DNA of 64,000 bases from Cyanidioschyzon merolae (lineage: Eukaryota): NCBI GenBank assembly GCA_000091205.1, contig AP006495.2. One strand, written 5' to 3'. Under the pieces are notes generated by a model that was not told where the DNA came from, searched no databases, and saw nothing but the letters and a program-made list of their open reading frames with translations. Position 1 is the first letter of the stretch; every line of letters starts with the position of its first letter. The position numbers were made by a program, and so were the translations under genes. This document shows, in pieces, positions 51,868 to 62,900 of the stretch.

Positions 51868-52984
51868 CCCTGTCTCTGGTAGGTACTACCTGTCTGCGGG
51901 TAAGTCGGGACGCAGGCTGCCGCCTGGGAAACGCTCGGGGAATGCTCTGCCCCAATGCCTCAGGGCATTGCTGGCGCGTCGCGCGATCGCGCCGCTTCTC
52001 TTCGGGTGCTGCTGCATCCTTGAATCTGATTAGGGGATATCCACGTTCGCCACTGTTACTGGCGATTGGGAGGGCGTTTATCAATCCTAATAGAACACTG
52101 AAACTCAAAAAGCCACCAGCATACTCTTCTCTTCGATTATGAATCAGTCGGTTGATCCTCTGGATGCCGAGACCTCCACGAGGCCGCGTGCTTGCGCCCC
52201 AGGACGCGGGCCAGTTGCCCAGTGCAACGCACGTCGCAACCTGTCGGCTGCCGGTTGTGCTCCCGCACCAGAATTCTGTTCGAAAATATCGCCCTGCCAA
52301 AAGAATCAATCAAGGCTTGACCAACGATATTGGTCGGTGCGCGGTCAATCACGTATTGATCCCCGTCGGAGAAGGCTGTATCCCAGACAACGACTCGCCG
52401 ACCTCGTGCCGCTCGCCCCGGTGCCGACGCTTTCCTAAATGCACGTGGCGCTCGCACTGACATCAAGTCTCGAGTCGCGGAAGCGCGTCCACGAATCGTG
52501 CGCCCATGGAAACACGGATCCTGCAAAAGTCGCTCCATCGGCGTTTTCAAACAAAAAAATCCAAATATGGATGCCACAGCATCTCCTCCATCGCCCAGAA
52601 CACGCAAAGCGTACCACAATGTCCCATGCAGTATGAACCTTGTCACCACTCGGTGCGTCGTCATCGTCAGCGCTTACACCAAATTTGGCGGTATGTGCAG
52701 CGTCGGCGCTTGTTTCTCGTTCAGCGTTCAGTGGCGTGCGACAGGCGCCGCCGATCGCGCATCCGCGAAACATGCGCTGCTCGATCCGCTGGGCCCGCGT
52801 CTATGCGAACACGATATCATGTCGAACGAGAAACCTACAAAGGCCCGTACAGCGTGCATTACACCGGAAAGTCATCGACGATTACCGGTATTCGCAGTTG
52901 GCATTGTTCTTCTCTCCATCGCAGAGACGAGCATATCTCGGTTCGTCAGAGAAGTTACCGACTGTGCCTTGATCATTTATTCGA

Positions 52985-53662
52985 GTGGACAGCATGCAGA
53001 AATCTAGTTTTATATGGGCGTTGATTTTCGGTGTGTTCGCACTATGGCTCCAAGTGCCTAGTGTCCAGGCTTGGTCGTACACCATGACACCGTTGTACGA
53101 GTTCACGCCTACGTGCACGCCGACGCCAATGTGTACGCCCACACCCACTTGTACGCCGACGCCGACCTGCACACCCGTCTTCGAGCCAAAGCACTATCAC
53201 GAGTACGTGCTCTGTGGCGACTATACCCAGACTGGAGACATTGAAAAATGTGAAAAATACGGATGTCGCTGGATTCCGACCAATTACTGCGGACTGGAAA
53301 ACGAATGGGCCCAGTACAAAGGCGTCTGCGTGGTGATCCCGAACAAGGCCCCCGAATGCCAGAATATTCCATACTTCAAGCGCATCAACTGCGGATACGA
53401 TGGAATCACGCCGCATGAGTGCGCCGAGCGCGGTTGCTGCTGGGAAGGCGGCCCGAATCGTTACAACTGGTGCTACTACCCTCGCAAGTGCCGCGATGTC
53501 TGCGTCGAGGAGGTCACAGCCGAGGGAGAAGTCTGTGTGGAATGGACCAAGCCCAAAGGTTACGGCAAGCAGGAAGAGAAACCGGTCTGCATCAAGTGGA
53601 AGCCCAAGACCAAGTGCCTCAAATACGTCAAAGAATGCAGTGACGAGTGCTACAAACCCTAG
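52985..53662 (+). CDS. secreted cysteine-rich protein with a trefoil (P-type) domain and Thr/Pro-rich linker
   Basis: N-terminal signal peptide MDSMQKSSFIWALIFGVFALWLQVPSVQA. Mucin-like PTCTPTPMCTPTPTCTPTPTCTP. RINCGYDGITPHECAERGCCWEGGPNRYNWCYYP fits the trefoil pattern [KRH]-x2-C-x-[FYPSTV]-x3-[ST]-x3-C-x4-C-C-[FYWH]. Lys/Cys-rich C-terminus. Confidence 0.65.
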   Translation: MDSMQKSSFIWALIFGVFALWLQVPSVQAWSYTMTPLYEFTPTCTPTPMCTPTPTCTPTPTCTPVFEPKHYHEYVLCGDYTQTGDIEKCEKYGCRWIPTNYCGLENEWAQYKGVCVVIPNKAPECQNIPYFKRINCGYDGITPHECAERGCCWEGGPNRYNWCYYPRKCRDVCVEEVTAEGEVCVEWTKPKGYGKQEEKPVCIKWKPKTKCLKYVKECSDECYKP

Positions 53663-54122
53663 ACAGGACCGAATGGGATGACGACCAGCACCAAGGCCTC
53701 GTGGCTTCCACGACCAAAGTGTATCCAACGGAATTCAATCAGTCAGTCAATCAATCTTACATCATGGATCGATTCGGAACGATGCAAGGAACGATCGCAC
53801 GACGACGACGTCGCCGCCTAGCGCAGCGATGCCTGCACGCATCGCGTCAGTATCGATCACCGGGTGAAGCGGGTGCGTGCGTGCGCGCGCGCCTAACGTC
53901 CGCCAGGAATGGACACGCGGCGTGCGTGCGTGCGTGCATGCGTGCGTGCGTGCACGGATCACCTGGAACAGATGCGTGCTCGTGCAAAGAGAAAAAAGAC
54001 AAGGAATGCCTGATATAAAGGAAGCGTGAATGACTGCTCTCTTATGAACCAGTTGCTTCTTGTGACTGCGTCCCAATACCTTAGCAACCCAAGCGCTTGA
54101 GACACTGCACCCACTTCAAATA

Positions 54123-55634
54123 ATGTCAGAGCGTCCGCGAGTACTGGTAATTGGTGCGGGCGCTGCCGGTTGTGCAGCTGCTTGGAGCCTGGCTCGCTCC
54201 GGCGACGCAGTGGCTGTTGAAGTCTGGGAGAAGGCTGCTGTGGCGGGAGGTGTCGCATCAACGCAGCGATGGAAAGGGTACTGGTTCAACGATGGTGTCC
54301 AGGGCGGTGCACCGTGCTACGCAAACACGTTTCGCTTGCACGCTGCGGCGGGCTTCGAACCGCGTCCGGTTCACATGACGATCAACTTCGGGAAAGGTCC
54401 AACCTGGTGGAATAATTACGGCGAGAAGCTGGAAACTGATCTCGTGCGCCAGTTGCGCCCGGAAATTCGACGTTTCGGGCAGCTACTGGAACGAGTGAAC
54501 CGCCTTCCCTGGTTGTATATCTGGGTTCCAATAGCGAGATTGCTGCGCTGGCACGGTTTCTCGAAATCGTTCATCAATTTAATGGTTCTTCCGCTGACTG
54601 CGCTTTTCTTCGGGACCGGGAATCAGACTCCAAAAGTGTCAGCGGTGATTGTTGCCCGCGTTTTTCTCGACCCGCACATGCGACTCTTTGCCTACGATCC
54701 GGATCGATTGCTCTCGACACAGCCGCTCATGTTTGCCTTCGATGCCCTGGAAAGCATCTACACTGCAATGCTGAAGCATCCTGGCATCGAGCGCGTGTGC
54801 TACGAACGCGAGGCGTGCCGTCTTGAGGCGCTGCCAGATGGCGTCTGGGTGACCGACCACAACCAACGACGTGAGCGCTTTTCGCAGGTCATTCTGGCGA
54901 CCGATGCGCAGACTGCCTTGAAGTTACTGGGATCGGGAGCTACCTTCATGGAACGTAACGTGCTCGGACGGGTCCGCTATTTCCATGACGTCACCGTCAC
55001 GCATACCGACGAGGCATACATGGACCGATACTACCAAATGGACCCCGATCGGCGCACAGATATGTACTTTGTAAGAACAGACCCAGTGGATCCGTCCTGC
55101 ATTGATATGAGTTTTCTGCTCTCCGCATACCAGGAGCAATTGCGGGATGCGCACGGCGAGCCGCTGCCGCTCTTTCAGACGATATTTCTGAACAAAGAGG
55201 AGCGGCATCGCTGGACCATGGATGAAATTCGCCGCGATCAGATCGTACTTGTGCGCTGGTGGAAGCAAATGTCGCATGAATGGAGGCATTTCGTGCAAGT
55301 TGTTCCGTTTGTGCGGTTCATTCAAGGTGGGCGTCACGGAAACCTCTGGTACGCCGGCTCCTGGACCCTGATGAATATTCACGAGGTGGCGATCTGCTCC
55401 GGGCTAGCAGCCGCAGAAGCTTGCGGCTGGGCGCTGTCGAAGCAGACGGGTAAATCCCCGATCGGTGCGTATCCGTTCGAACGCGACGCCGATGCAAGCC
55501 GCTTCTACACCATGTATGCGAAGACCGCCTACGGAAGTCGATTCCGAGAGCGGTTGCGAAATGCGCGCAGGGCATCCGCGGCAACCGTGGAACCACTGCA
55601 GCCTTCGGCGCCAGGCACCCCCATGGAGTCGTAG
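54123..55634 (+). CDS. FAD/NAD(P)-binding oxidoreductase, amine-oxidase-like (COG2907-type flavoprotein)
   Basis: Dinucleotide-binding start RVLVIGAGAAGCAAAWSLARSGDAVAVEVWEKAAVAGGVAST. Overall amine-oxidase/flavin-containing fold features. No further specificity can be read from the sequence. Confidence 0.65.
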   Translation: MSERPRVLVIGAGAAGCAAAWSLARSGDAVAVEVWEKAAVAGGVASTQRWKGYWFNDGVQGGAPCYANTFRLHAAAGFEPRPVHMTINFGKGPTWWNNYGEKLETDLVRQLRPEIRRFGQLLERVNRLPWLYIWVPIARLLRWHGFSKSFINLMVLPLTALFFGTGNQTPKVSAVIVARVFLDPHMRLFAYDPDRLLSTQPLMFAFDALESIYTAMLKHPGIERVCYEREACRLEALPDGVWVTDHNQRRERFSQVILATDAQTALKLLGSGATFMERNVLGRVRYFHDVTVTHTDEAYMDRYYQMDPDRRTDMYFVRTDPVDPSCIDMSFLLSAYQEQLRDAHGEPLPLFQTIFLNKEERHRWTMDEIRRDQIVLVRWWKQMSHEWRHFVQVVPFVRFIQGGRHGNLWYAGSWTLMNIHEVAICSGLAAAEACGWALSKQTGKSPIGAYPFERDADASRFYTMYAKTAYGSRFRERLRNARRASAATVEPLQPSAPGTPMES

Positions 55635-56961
55635 CGGGTACATAGCGTGCAGCACACGCTCGGCTGATGACGATGGTTGCCACCCGCTGCCTGATCGACG
55701 AGGCGCGGCAGTTCGGTGACGCAAGTTGCCGATGCGTGGCCCCGGCTTGCCCGAACTGGACACCAAGTCTATATCAGTCGAACATGGAGTCGGCGCTGGT
55801 CAGTTCCCGGATGACGAAATACGAGACGCACGCTGCTTGTGTGTGGAATGCGTCGGCCTATGCGTTGCACTACCCGAAAGTGGCCTAGACGCCTCACGTC
55901 CGACAATGTTCATGGAGGTGCGCGTAGCAACCCTGGATGCTGCGCGATGCAACCCTATGATTCAGGTTACCGTGTTTGATCCAGCAGCCGTCGAGTTCAG
56001 AACACTGGTCGCACACTATTCGGTGAGACGGCTTTCACGTCCGGCACCAAACACGCCCGCTTCCGTACACTGGCCTGGGCGTGACCTCGGCATGTGCGTC
56101 GCGCAGATAACCAGCGTCCTGGGTTCGTGTTACCGTTCGCTGCGCCTTCGTCGTGCCAAAGTGTCTGCAGCGATATCACCGAAGCGTCTTGGATACGTGC
56201 AGTGCGATTGGCGTGCAACGCTCGTACACCCAGGGAATGCCGCTTCGAGCTTCGCGGCTCGCGGGCGACGTGTAGACAGCATGAGCGAGCGCCCTGGTAG
56301 CGCGTTCGGAGCGCGCCACGCACGAACCCCAGACGCTCGCTGACGCCGGCGCTCTGACTCAGCGTCCACCCATTTGTGTGCAGTCTGAAAGTGCTTCTTG
56401 GACCAGCGATCAATCGACAGGCTTTTTACGGGGGCCTCCGCACCGACCCGATGACAAGGGCAACAACGACCAGCAGCGCAATCGCATTTACATTCGTCCA
56501 CTCGATGGGCGAGTTTTTTACTTAAGAATAAAGGCGGACCCCGTGTGATTCGAAGAGAATCCACATCCATACGCGCCTGGACACCACTGTTATCGTGGTG
56601 CAGCATAGGACCCTCATACCGATATTTCGAGCGTTCAACATGCATACCGGGACAAGGAATCGAAGAAATGTGGTCCCTTTGATCAAGTGATCGATCGAGC
56701 GGATGACGCAGTCGCTCGGTGCGTTTGCAGCGTCGCCTGGGAGGTTCGTCGGACGGCGAGAAGCCCGCAGCGGACCCCACACGTCACCTCCGCGTAACCC
56801 CGAGTTGCTTCAAGTCAACAGCGGATATCGCCAGCGGCGCACCGTGTGCATCGTGAGCCTTATCACGAACGTTCGCAATTTCACGATCACTACCGTTCCA
56901 GGGCGAAATGCGATCAAGTCGCTTTATATAACGTAATGCCTCGTAAGCGTAGAGCTTATGC

Positions 56962-59901
56962 TTAGCACACACCTTGCCAGGTTGTCACATCGCCGCTTAC
57001 GCTGAGCGTTGGCTTCCGCACGACAACGCGTTCACCAGCATGCAAATAGAACACGAAACGCTCTAGCGGAACGTGCGCACAGCGAGACAAGTTGGACGGC
57101 GGCGGGAGTGCATCCAGCGCCTGCAACGTCAGCCTCAGTTGCAGCGACGTCGATCCATTGGCAAGTCGCTGTCCCATTGCTGCGATTCGCCAGAAACAAT
57201 AATCGCCTCGTTGGTAACCGTAAGAAAGACCGTCATCCAAATAGAGCATGCCACGGGCTTGGAATCCAGCATCCAAGGCAACGTGCAGAGTCAGCGGATC
57301 CCCGAGCATCAGGCTGCTTGAGCGACGCTGTCGCTCCCAGCGCGGTATGATCGAGCCACCGCGTTGGAACACATACATCGATGAGAGTGCTGGTTTTGGA
57401 TAAACTAGGGTATCTTGCCCCCGATGGACAAGATGCTCGCCAGAGAAAAGTCGTCGTGTGCGCGGCAGTACTGGATACCAGCAGAGCGAAGCTGGTCCCG
57501 GCAGTGTGATGCGATGCGTTGACGGGGCTGCTTCCAGTACTGGAGCAACCAGCAAGGCGTCGCCCAAGAGCCAGCTAGACTGAACTCCCGCCAGCGACGA
57601 TTCATCAGGAAACACGTAAAAAAGCGGCCGAATGACAGGTAGCGTGCGTTCGGCCGCGAAGAGCACGTACCAGTACGGTAGCAATGCGTAGCGCTCTTGA
57701 ATCGCCTCTCGAATGAGGCTCGTATACGGTTCACCGAATAACCACGGCTCCCGTCGCTTGGTGTCCAAGTGCGCGTGACCACGGAAAAACGGCTGATAGG
57801 CGGCTGCTTGATACCAACGCGTCAGCAGGTCGGCTTGCGGGTTCCCGAAAAAGCCCCCAACATCCGCCCCGACAAACGCGATGCCCGCCACGCTGATCGA
57901 GAGCAGCATCGGCACCGAGGCTGCCAGGTGTGACCACTGGGCAGCGTTGTCGCCTGTCCAGACTGCCCCGAATCGCTGGCTTCCCGTGAAAAAACTGCGG
58001 GAAAGAACGAAGGGTCTCAGGTTCCCTTGCCGGCCGCGATAAAGGCCCTCAAAGGTCGCTCGGTGCACCATGTGTCCGTAGATGTTGTGGATATCGGAAT
58101 GTTCTAAAGCGCCCAGCCGATGGCGGACGTTTTTCGGAAAGGTGCCTTCGGGTCCATTGAACACTGAAGGCTCGTTCATATCAACCCAAATGTGGAGGTG
58201 CTCTGTCATGCCATGGTAGAACGACGGAACGAAACACGAGCTCCAGCCGGTCTGTACGCGCGGATCCATAAAGTCTGGGTAGTGACTCTTTCCTGGCCAG
58301 CACCAGCCCTCGTAGATAGAGACGCCGTCACCAGAGCGAACGTACCAGTCCTCCTTCAGGGCTCGTTCGTGCAGCGAGTAATTCGGTTCCGCCTTGATAT
58401 GCGGATCCACGATGGTGACCAGCTTCCGTTTGGCCTTCTCGAAAAGCGTTTGCTGCAGGCGAGCGGGGTCAGGAAATTTCGCTCCGTCCCAGGTGAAGTA
58501 CTTCTTGTTGTCTGTGTGCTCGATATCCAGCCACAGCACATCGTACGGAATGTCATTCGCATCAAACTGACCATCCACATGGAGGGCGTCCGCCTCATCA
58601 CGATAATTCCAGCGCGACTGGTGATAGCCCAGTGCAAACACTGGAGGCAGTGGTGCATGTCCCGTCAGTAGGGCCAGCTGTTGCGAGACCTCCACCGGAG
58701 ACGGGCCCGCAAACACGAACATCTCCGGGATACCTCGTTCAGAAATGAAGTGCGCATGTGGCATCGCGGTTCCGCGCTCCTGGTCTAACAACGGACACAA
58801 GTCTACGTAGGTTTCGCTTGCCGGCATCCAGAGCGCTCCAACGGTATGCGCGGATCCATTGAGAGCCAGGATGAAGGGTATCGATCCGTAGAGACCCAGC
58901 TCGCTATTCAGTTCGTATTCGAAGACGTCCAGGTTGTAGAGACGAAGAGGCTCTCTCGTACAGGTCGTGGGTAAGCGCAGATCCAGCGCATGTTCCGGAA
59001 GGCCGTACAACCCAATAGCACGAGGAAAGGCAACATCTGCCGCAACGGAACCAGCTGCTGTGGTATTTGCGTCCAGCGGGATCCAAGCGAGGAGCTCCGC
59101 TGCGTTCCAAACCAGTGAAGGACGGGTAGTGGTGGCAGTGGAATTCTGCAGCAAGGCACACCAGTCCGCAACGTTGTTGAAGAGCGCTATCCGACATGGT
59201 TCGTGTTGGACCCGCAGTACGTTATAGACGGGTTCTGTTGAGGCGTGGCTTGTACTTGCAGTAACGATAACGGTTTCCGTGTCCGACGAAAGCCATGCTG
59301 CGGACGACACGTACGGACAGGAGGTTGCTGTACTCGCAGCGAGTCGCTCCAACTGCAACCACGGTTCCCGATACATCATAACGTCTTCGACTGGTGAGTA
59401 GCGTTCATACTTTGAGACGGATGCGTGCTGCTTCCTTCGTCGCAGGAGCCCAAGCTGAATCGTGTCGCTGGGTGGAGGCTCACGTACTCGAATCGAGAAG
59501 ATCGAGTGCGTAACAGCTCCTACTTCGAGTTGGAGCTGAGACAACGTCCCCGAATCATTTGCTTCCCGCTGCAACAGCTCAAAAATGAGAACCGATGATG
59601 ATGTTTTCTGCAAGCGAAACGGCTCCGGCTCTCTGAGTCGGCATCGAGTACCTGGAGCCGTAGCGTTTGCCGCTAGTTCCTGTTGCGAGGTCTGTTGCTC
59701 TCGACGCTGTCTGTGGTAGGCACAGAAACTTTGCGTCGAACAGCGGGCGTATTTGCCTCGTTCTGCAGCCTGAACGCCTGCCAGTTCCCAGATCAGAAAG
59801 CATAAAACGAAGATGAAGCCAACGGTGCTCCACAGGGGATACTGCGACCCTGCTCGGAACCTAGCGCGCTGCATGACTTGTTCCAGCGCATGTACGGACA
59901 C
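56962..59901 (-). CDS. glucosidase II alpha subunit / neutral alpha-glucosidase (glycoside hydrolase family 31)
   Basis: GH31 catalytic-region signatures WVDMNEPS and GIAFVGADVGGFFGNPQADLLTRWYQAAAYQPFFRGHAHLDTKRREPWLF. N-terminal hydrophobic signal/anchor. The length and domain order fit ER glucosidase II alpha. Confidence 0.85.
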   Translation of the reverse strand: MSVHALEQVMQRARFRAGSQYPLWSTVGFIFVLCFLIWELAGVQAAERGKYARCSTQSFCAYHRQRREQQTSQQELAANATAPGTRCRLREPEPFRLQKTSSSVLIFELLQREANDSGTLSQLQLEVGAVTHSIFSIRVREPPPSDTIQLGLLRRRKQHASVSKYERYSPVEDVMMYREPWLQLERLAASTATSCPYVSSAAWLSSDTETVIVTASTSHASTEPVYNVLRVQHEPCRIALFNNVADWCALLQNSTATTTRPSLVWNAAELLAWIPLDANTTAAGSVAADVAFPRAIGLYGLPEHALDLRLPTTCTREPLRLYNLDVFEYELNSELGLYGSIPFILALNGSAHTVGALWMPASETYVDLCPLLDQERGTAMPHAHFISERGIPEMFVFAGPSPVEVSQQLALLTGHAPLPPVFALGYHQSRWNYRDEADALHVDGQFDANDIPYDVLWLDIEHTDNKKYFTWDGAKFPDPARLQQTLFEKAKRKLVTIVDPHIKAEPNYSLHERALKEDWYVRSGDGVSIYEGWCWPGKSHYPDFMDPRVQTGWSSCFVPSFYHGMTEHLHIWVDMNEPSVFNGPEGTFPKNVRHRLGALEHSDIHNIYGHMVHRATFEGLYRGRQGNLRPFVLSRSFFTGSQRFGAVWTGDNAAQWSHLAASVPMLLSISVAGIAFVGADVGGFFGNPQADLLTRWYQAAAYQPFFRGHAHLDTKRREPWLFGEPYTSLIREAIQERYALLPYWYVLFAAERTLPVIRPLFYVFPDESSLAGVQSSWLLGDALLVAPVLEAAPSTHRITLPGPASLCWYPVLPRTRRLFSGEHLVHRGQDTLVYPKPALSSMYVFQRGGSIIPRWERQRRSSSLMLGDPLTLHVALDAGFQARGMLYLDDGLSYGYQRGDYCFWRIAAMGQRLANGSTSLQLRLTLQALDALPPPSNLSRCAHVPLERFVFYLHAGERVVVRKPTLSVSGDVTTWQGVC

Positions 59902-62900
59902 AACGACAGTTACCGACTGGACCTCAAACGCCGTCGCCTACACAGAACAGACCGCGTGCAACTGAGCGACCCCTAAACCTATCGCCTGCCTAGGCACGCT
60001 GCGTCTACTAAGAAACGACGCTGAGGACGATTTGGCTGGAGCCGCGGCGACGACACTGCGCAGCAGTGCCTTTTGAACGATCCATAGACGAGTGTGGATC
60101 GCTGGGGAACTGGGTACTCCTCGATCCTTGGATACCTAGAACGCTGCATCGTAAGCTGGCTGTCTAGTTGTTTGGTTCGTTAACTCTAAAGAGCTCCCAG
60201 TGATGTTTGCTATGTCATACCGATGCGTTTGAACAGCATCACTGGGAGTGCACCGGCGATGCTGGCATCTAGGCGAGAGACGATTATGCTGCTCCCGATA
60301 TGTTGACATTGGCACGACCCAACGCGCTGTTCCAAGCGCTGGAGCACTACGCTGTGTCTTGAATCTGAATATTTTCGCGGCTAATGTGAGGCTTCTGTTT
60401 CACCAGTCGGTTGCGTTTGTTCATCCGGTGAAGGCTTGCTTGCGTTGAACGTTCCGTCGACGTCGAAGGCATCAATGATCCATGCGTAGCGAAGCTGGTT
60501 ATGTCCAACGCGCCGCCCTGAGGCATGAACCATCATGTGTGCACTTTTCGCTTCATACGAATGCTGTTGTGGTTGCGGATGGATAGGGGATCTGCTGGGC
60601 AAACACTCGAGCATCGATGCAGTGTCTGAATAGCTCCGTTATACACAGTGCACCGGTGTCTAGACCACGTGCGTCAGCATGCTGTTTATGATTTTCTGTG
60701 TTCCTCTGGCAGGTGTTTAACAGAAAGCATGTGTCCTGTTGCTTGGAGAGAGACAGAGGTGGCAGAATGACGTTATGTTGTCATTGACGCTTTGCGAAAA
60801 AACAACCTTACTTGTACGAGAGAATTACTCCGCAGTCAGCGGATGGATGATGCACGCTTCTCGCATACCTTATGCTGAAAGCGCATCAAACGCGGAATCT
60901 GTCGAGCTGTATCATCAGGACGTTCTGCTCGTAGATCCATTCCACGGTGTGCATTGCATTCGATATACTGTCATAGAAGGTACAGGATGTGAAGTTTCCG
61001 TACCATTGATACGAAAGATAATGACGCGAGGCGGATGAGCGAGAAAGAAGCTCGCCCTCGTAGGAGACCAGTGCTCGTCTGCAACACACACGATGGATGT
61101 CGAACGGAGACGGGAACGCTTATGATAGGAGCGGTGGGTTTTCGTTTCACACGATGAGAATTCATGGTCGACAAATGGTAGAGTTATATGTTGCCCGTCA
61201 TAATGGGGCGAATCGGTGTTCGTAACGAAGAGACAAGCGAGCGTGACGGCGGGATTAACACGAGCGACGATGCGATTGTGGTATCACCTGTAAACCGCCT
61301 ATCCGACAGGATCACCCATGAGCTGATCCTCCGTGGAAACACTTTGTGGCCTCTCGTTCGTAAATTCATCTGTGCTGTTGTGAGACAACGTCAGTATCCG
61401 TCCCTCGTACTGGGTCAAGGAGCACGCAGCTGGGCACGGTGCTGGACTGCTCGTGGTGCCTGCCTATTCTCGTTGATTCGATCCCGTCGAAGACGTCGTC
61501 TACGTTGGCAAACGCTGTGAGGCGCTGACGGAGCAATAGACGAGTTTTTTGTATCTGTGGCATCGTTCTTGAGCGAGTCGTTCACTAGCTTCACGAACCC
61601 TGAATTGCGCAGTTGCTTCTTCATGTGAGCGGAGGAAGGAGCGGAAACGCGCGCGACTGTTGGCGGTCGTGCTCGCGACGCAGACGAGGACGAAAACATA
61701 CGAAAGAAAGCGTATATACATGTATAGAAGAGGAGTGTCTGCGTACTGCATTCCATCCAGTGCGTCTGCATGTCGGGGAAAGCGACCGGATACGGGGCAC
61801 AGCGCCAGCATTCATGTCACTCCAACCACAGAAAGGCTAACGAGCAGAAACCCATCTGACAGAGAAGGACAAGACGCTTTCGAGAAAAGGACGTCAAGGG
61901 ACAGGAAGGCGAAGCTGCTGGAGCGGAACCATACGTCTGAGACGGTGGCTAGGCCTCGCTCCAAAAGAAAAACCCAACAAGCGAGAGCATTTCCTCGAAC
62001 GTGCGGTGCAGGCGCCATTGGGGATCACGTAGCCTCTGATTCGAAGAAGACTCCGCCCCGCTTGCCTTGCCTTGATGGACCCTGGCGAGGAACGGCTCAC
62101 AGGGGTTCCGGATCCAGGACTGCCTGCTGTCCACGACACTCCGGAAGGTTTCCATCAACTCTTCGTGTGACAACAAAACTGATCCGTCGGGCAGATGACG
62201 CCGCACGACCTGCTTGTAGAGTAAGAAGCTTACACGCCCGCTTCTTAGAGAACGTTGAGGCGTCTCCGCACCACTCCGGCGATCGGAACATCAACAGCAC
62301 AGGTTTCCAGAAAAGACGAAACCAAACCCCAAACGCAAATGCAGGTGCATATCAAGTGCTTCGTGAGGCAGCGCCCTGCAAGCCTTGTCTCCGGTGTGTC
62401 CGATGTACCAGGTGTGCGGTAACCTGCACGGCCCCGTCGAGTGGTGCTCATTGAAGGGGTGCTCTGCCTCAGATCGGATACGGGAACGTGGAAGTCTCGT
62501 GCGAACGATTTTGAACAGGAGTTGGCGAGCGTGCGCTGCATCCGGCAACAATGTCGGTTGCACGGAGGCAAGAACCGTCCATTCGTGACTTTTGCCCATG
62601 AGACGGAAGGGCGAATGACGGACAACTCGCGTCACTTAGTGCTGGGCTGCAGTTCTAGACGTCGTGCAGCGCGCAGAGGCTGCAGTCGTGCTCCATCGAC
62701 GGGAGCGTTTCCCGTGGGCTAGCGTGGATGCTCTACGATTCCCATGGATGCGTTCACGACAATACACGCGCATCATGAGCAAAGGTACGCTCTGAGACAC
62801 ATCGAGAAGGAGCGTGTGAAACAGATACGGATGCGCGAGATGCGCTACGGGCAGCGGACCGAACCTTCGATGACGAGACAATGGAGAGCGAGAAGCGTGC

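Noticed and set aside
53200-53290. A second trefoil domain (CGDYTQTGDIEKCEKYGCRW) in the secreted protein
   Set aside because: Cysteine spacing and the flanking basic residue do not satisfy the trefoil pattern. Only the 53390-53490 region does.
53042-53728. 228-aa ORF on the minus strand opposite the trefoil-protein gene
   Set aside because: It is a shadow ORF in GC-rich coding sequence with no motifs. The plus-strand ORF has a signal peptide and a domain match.
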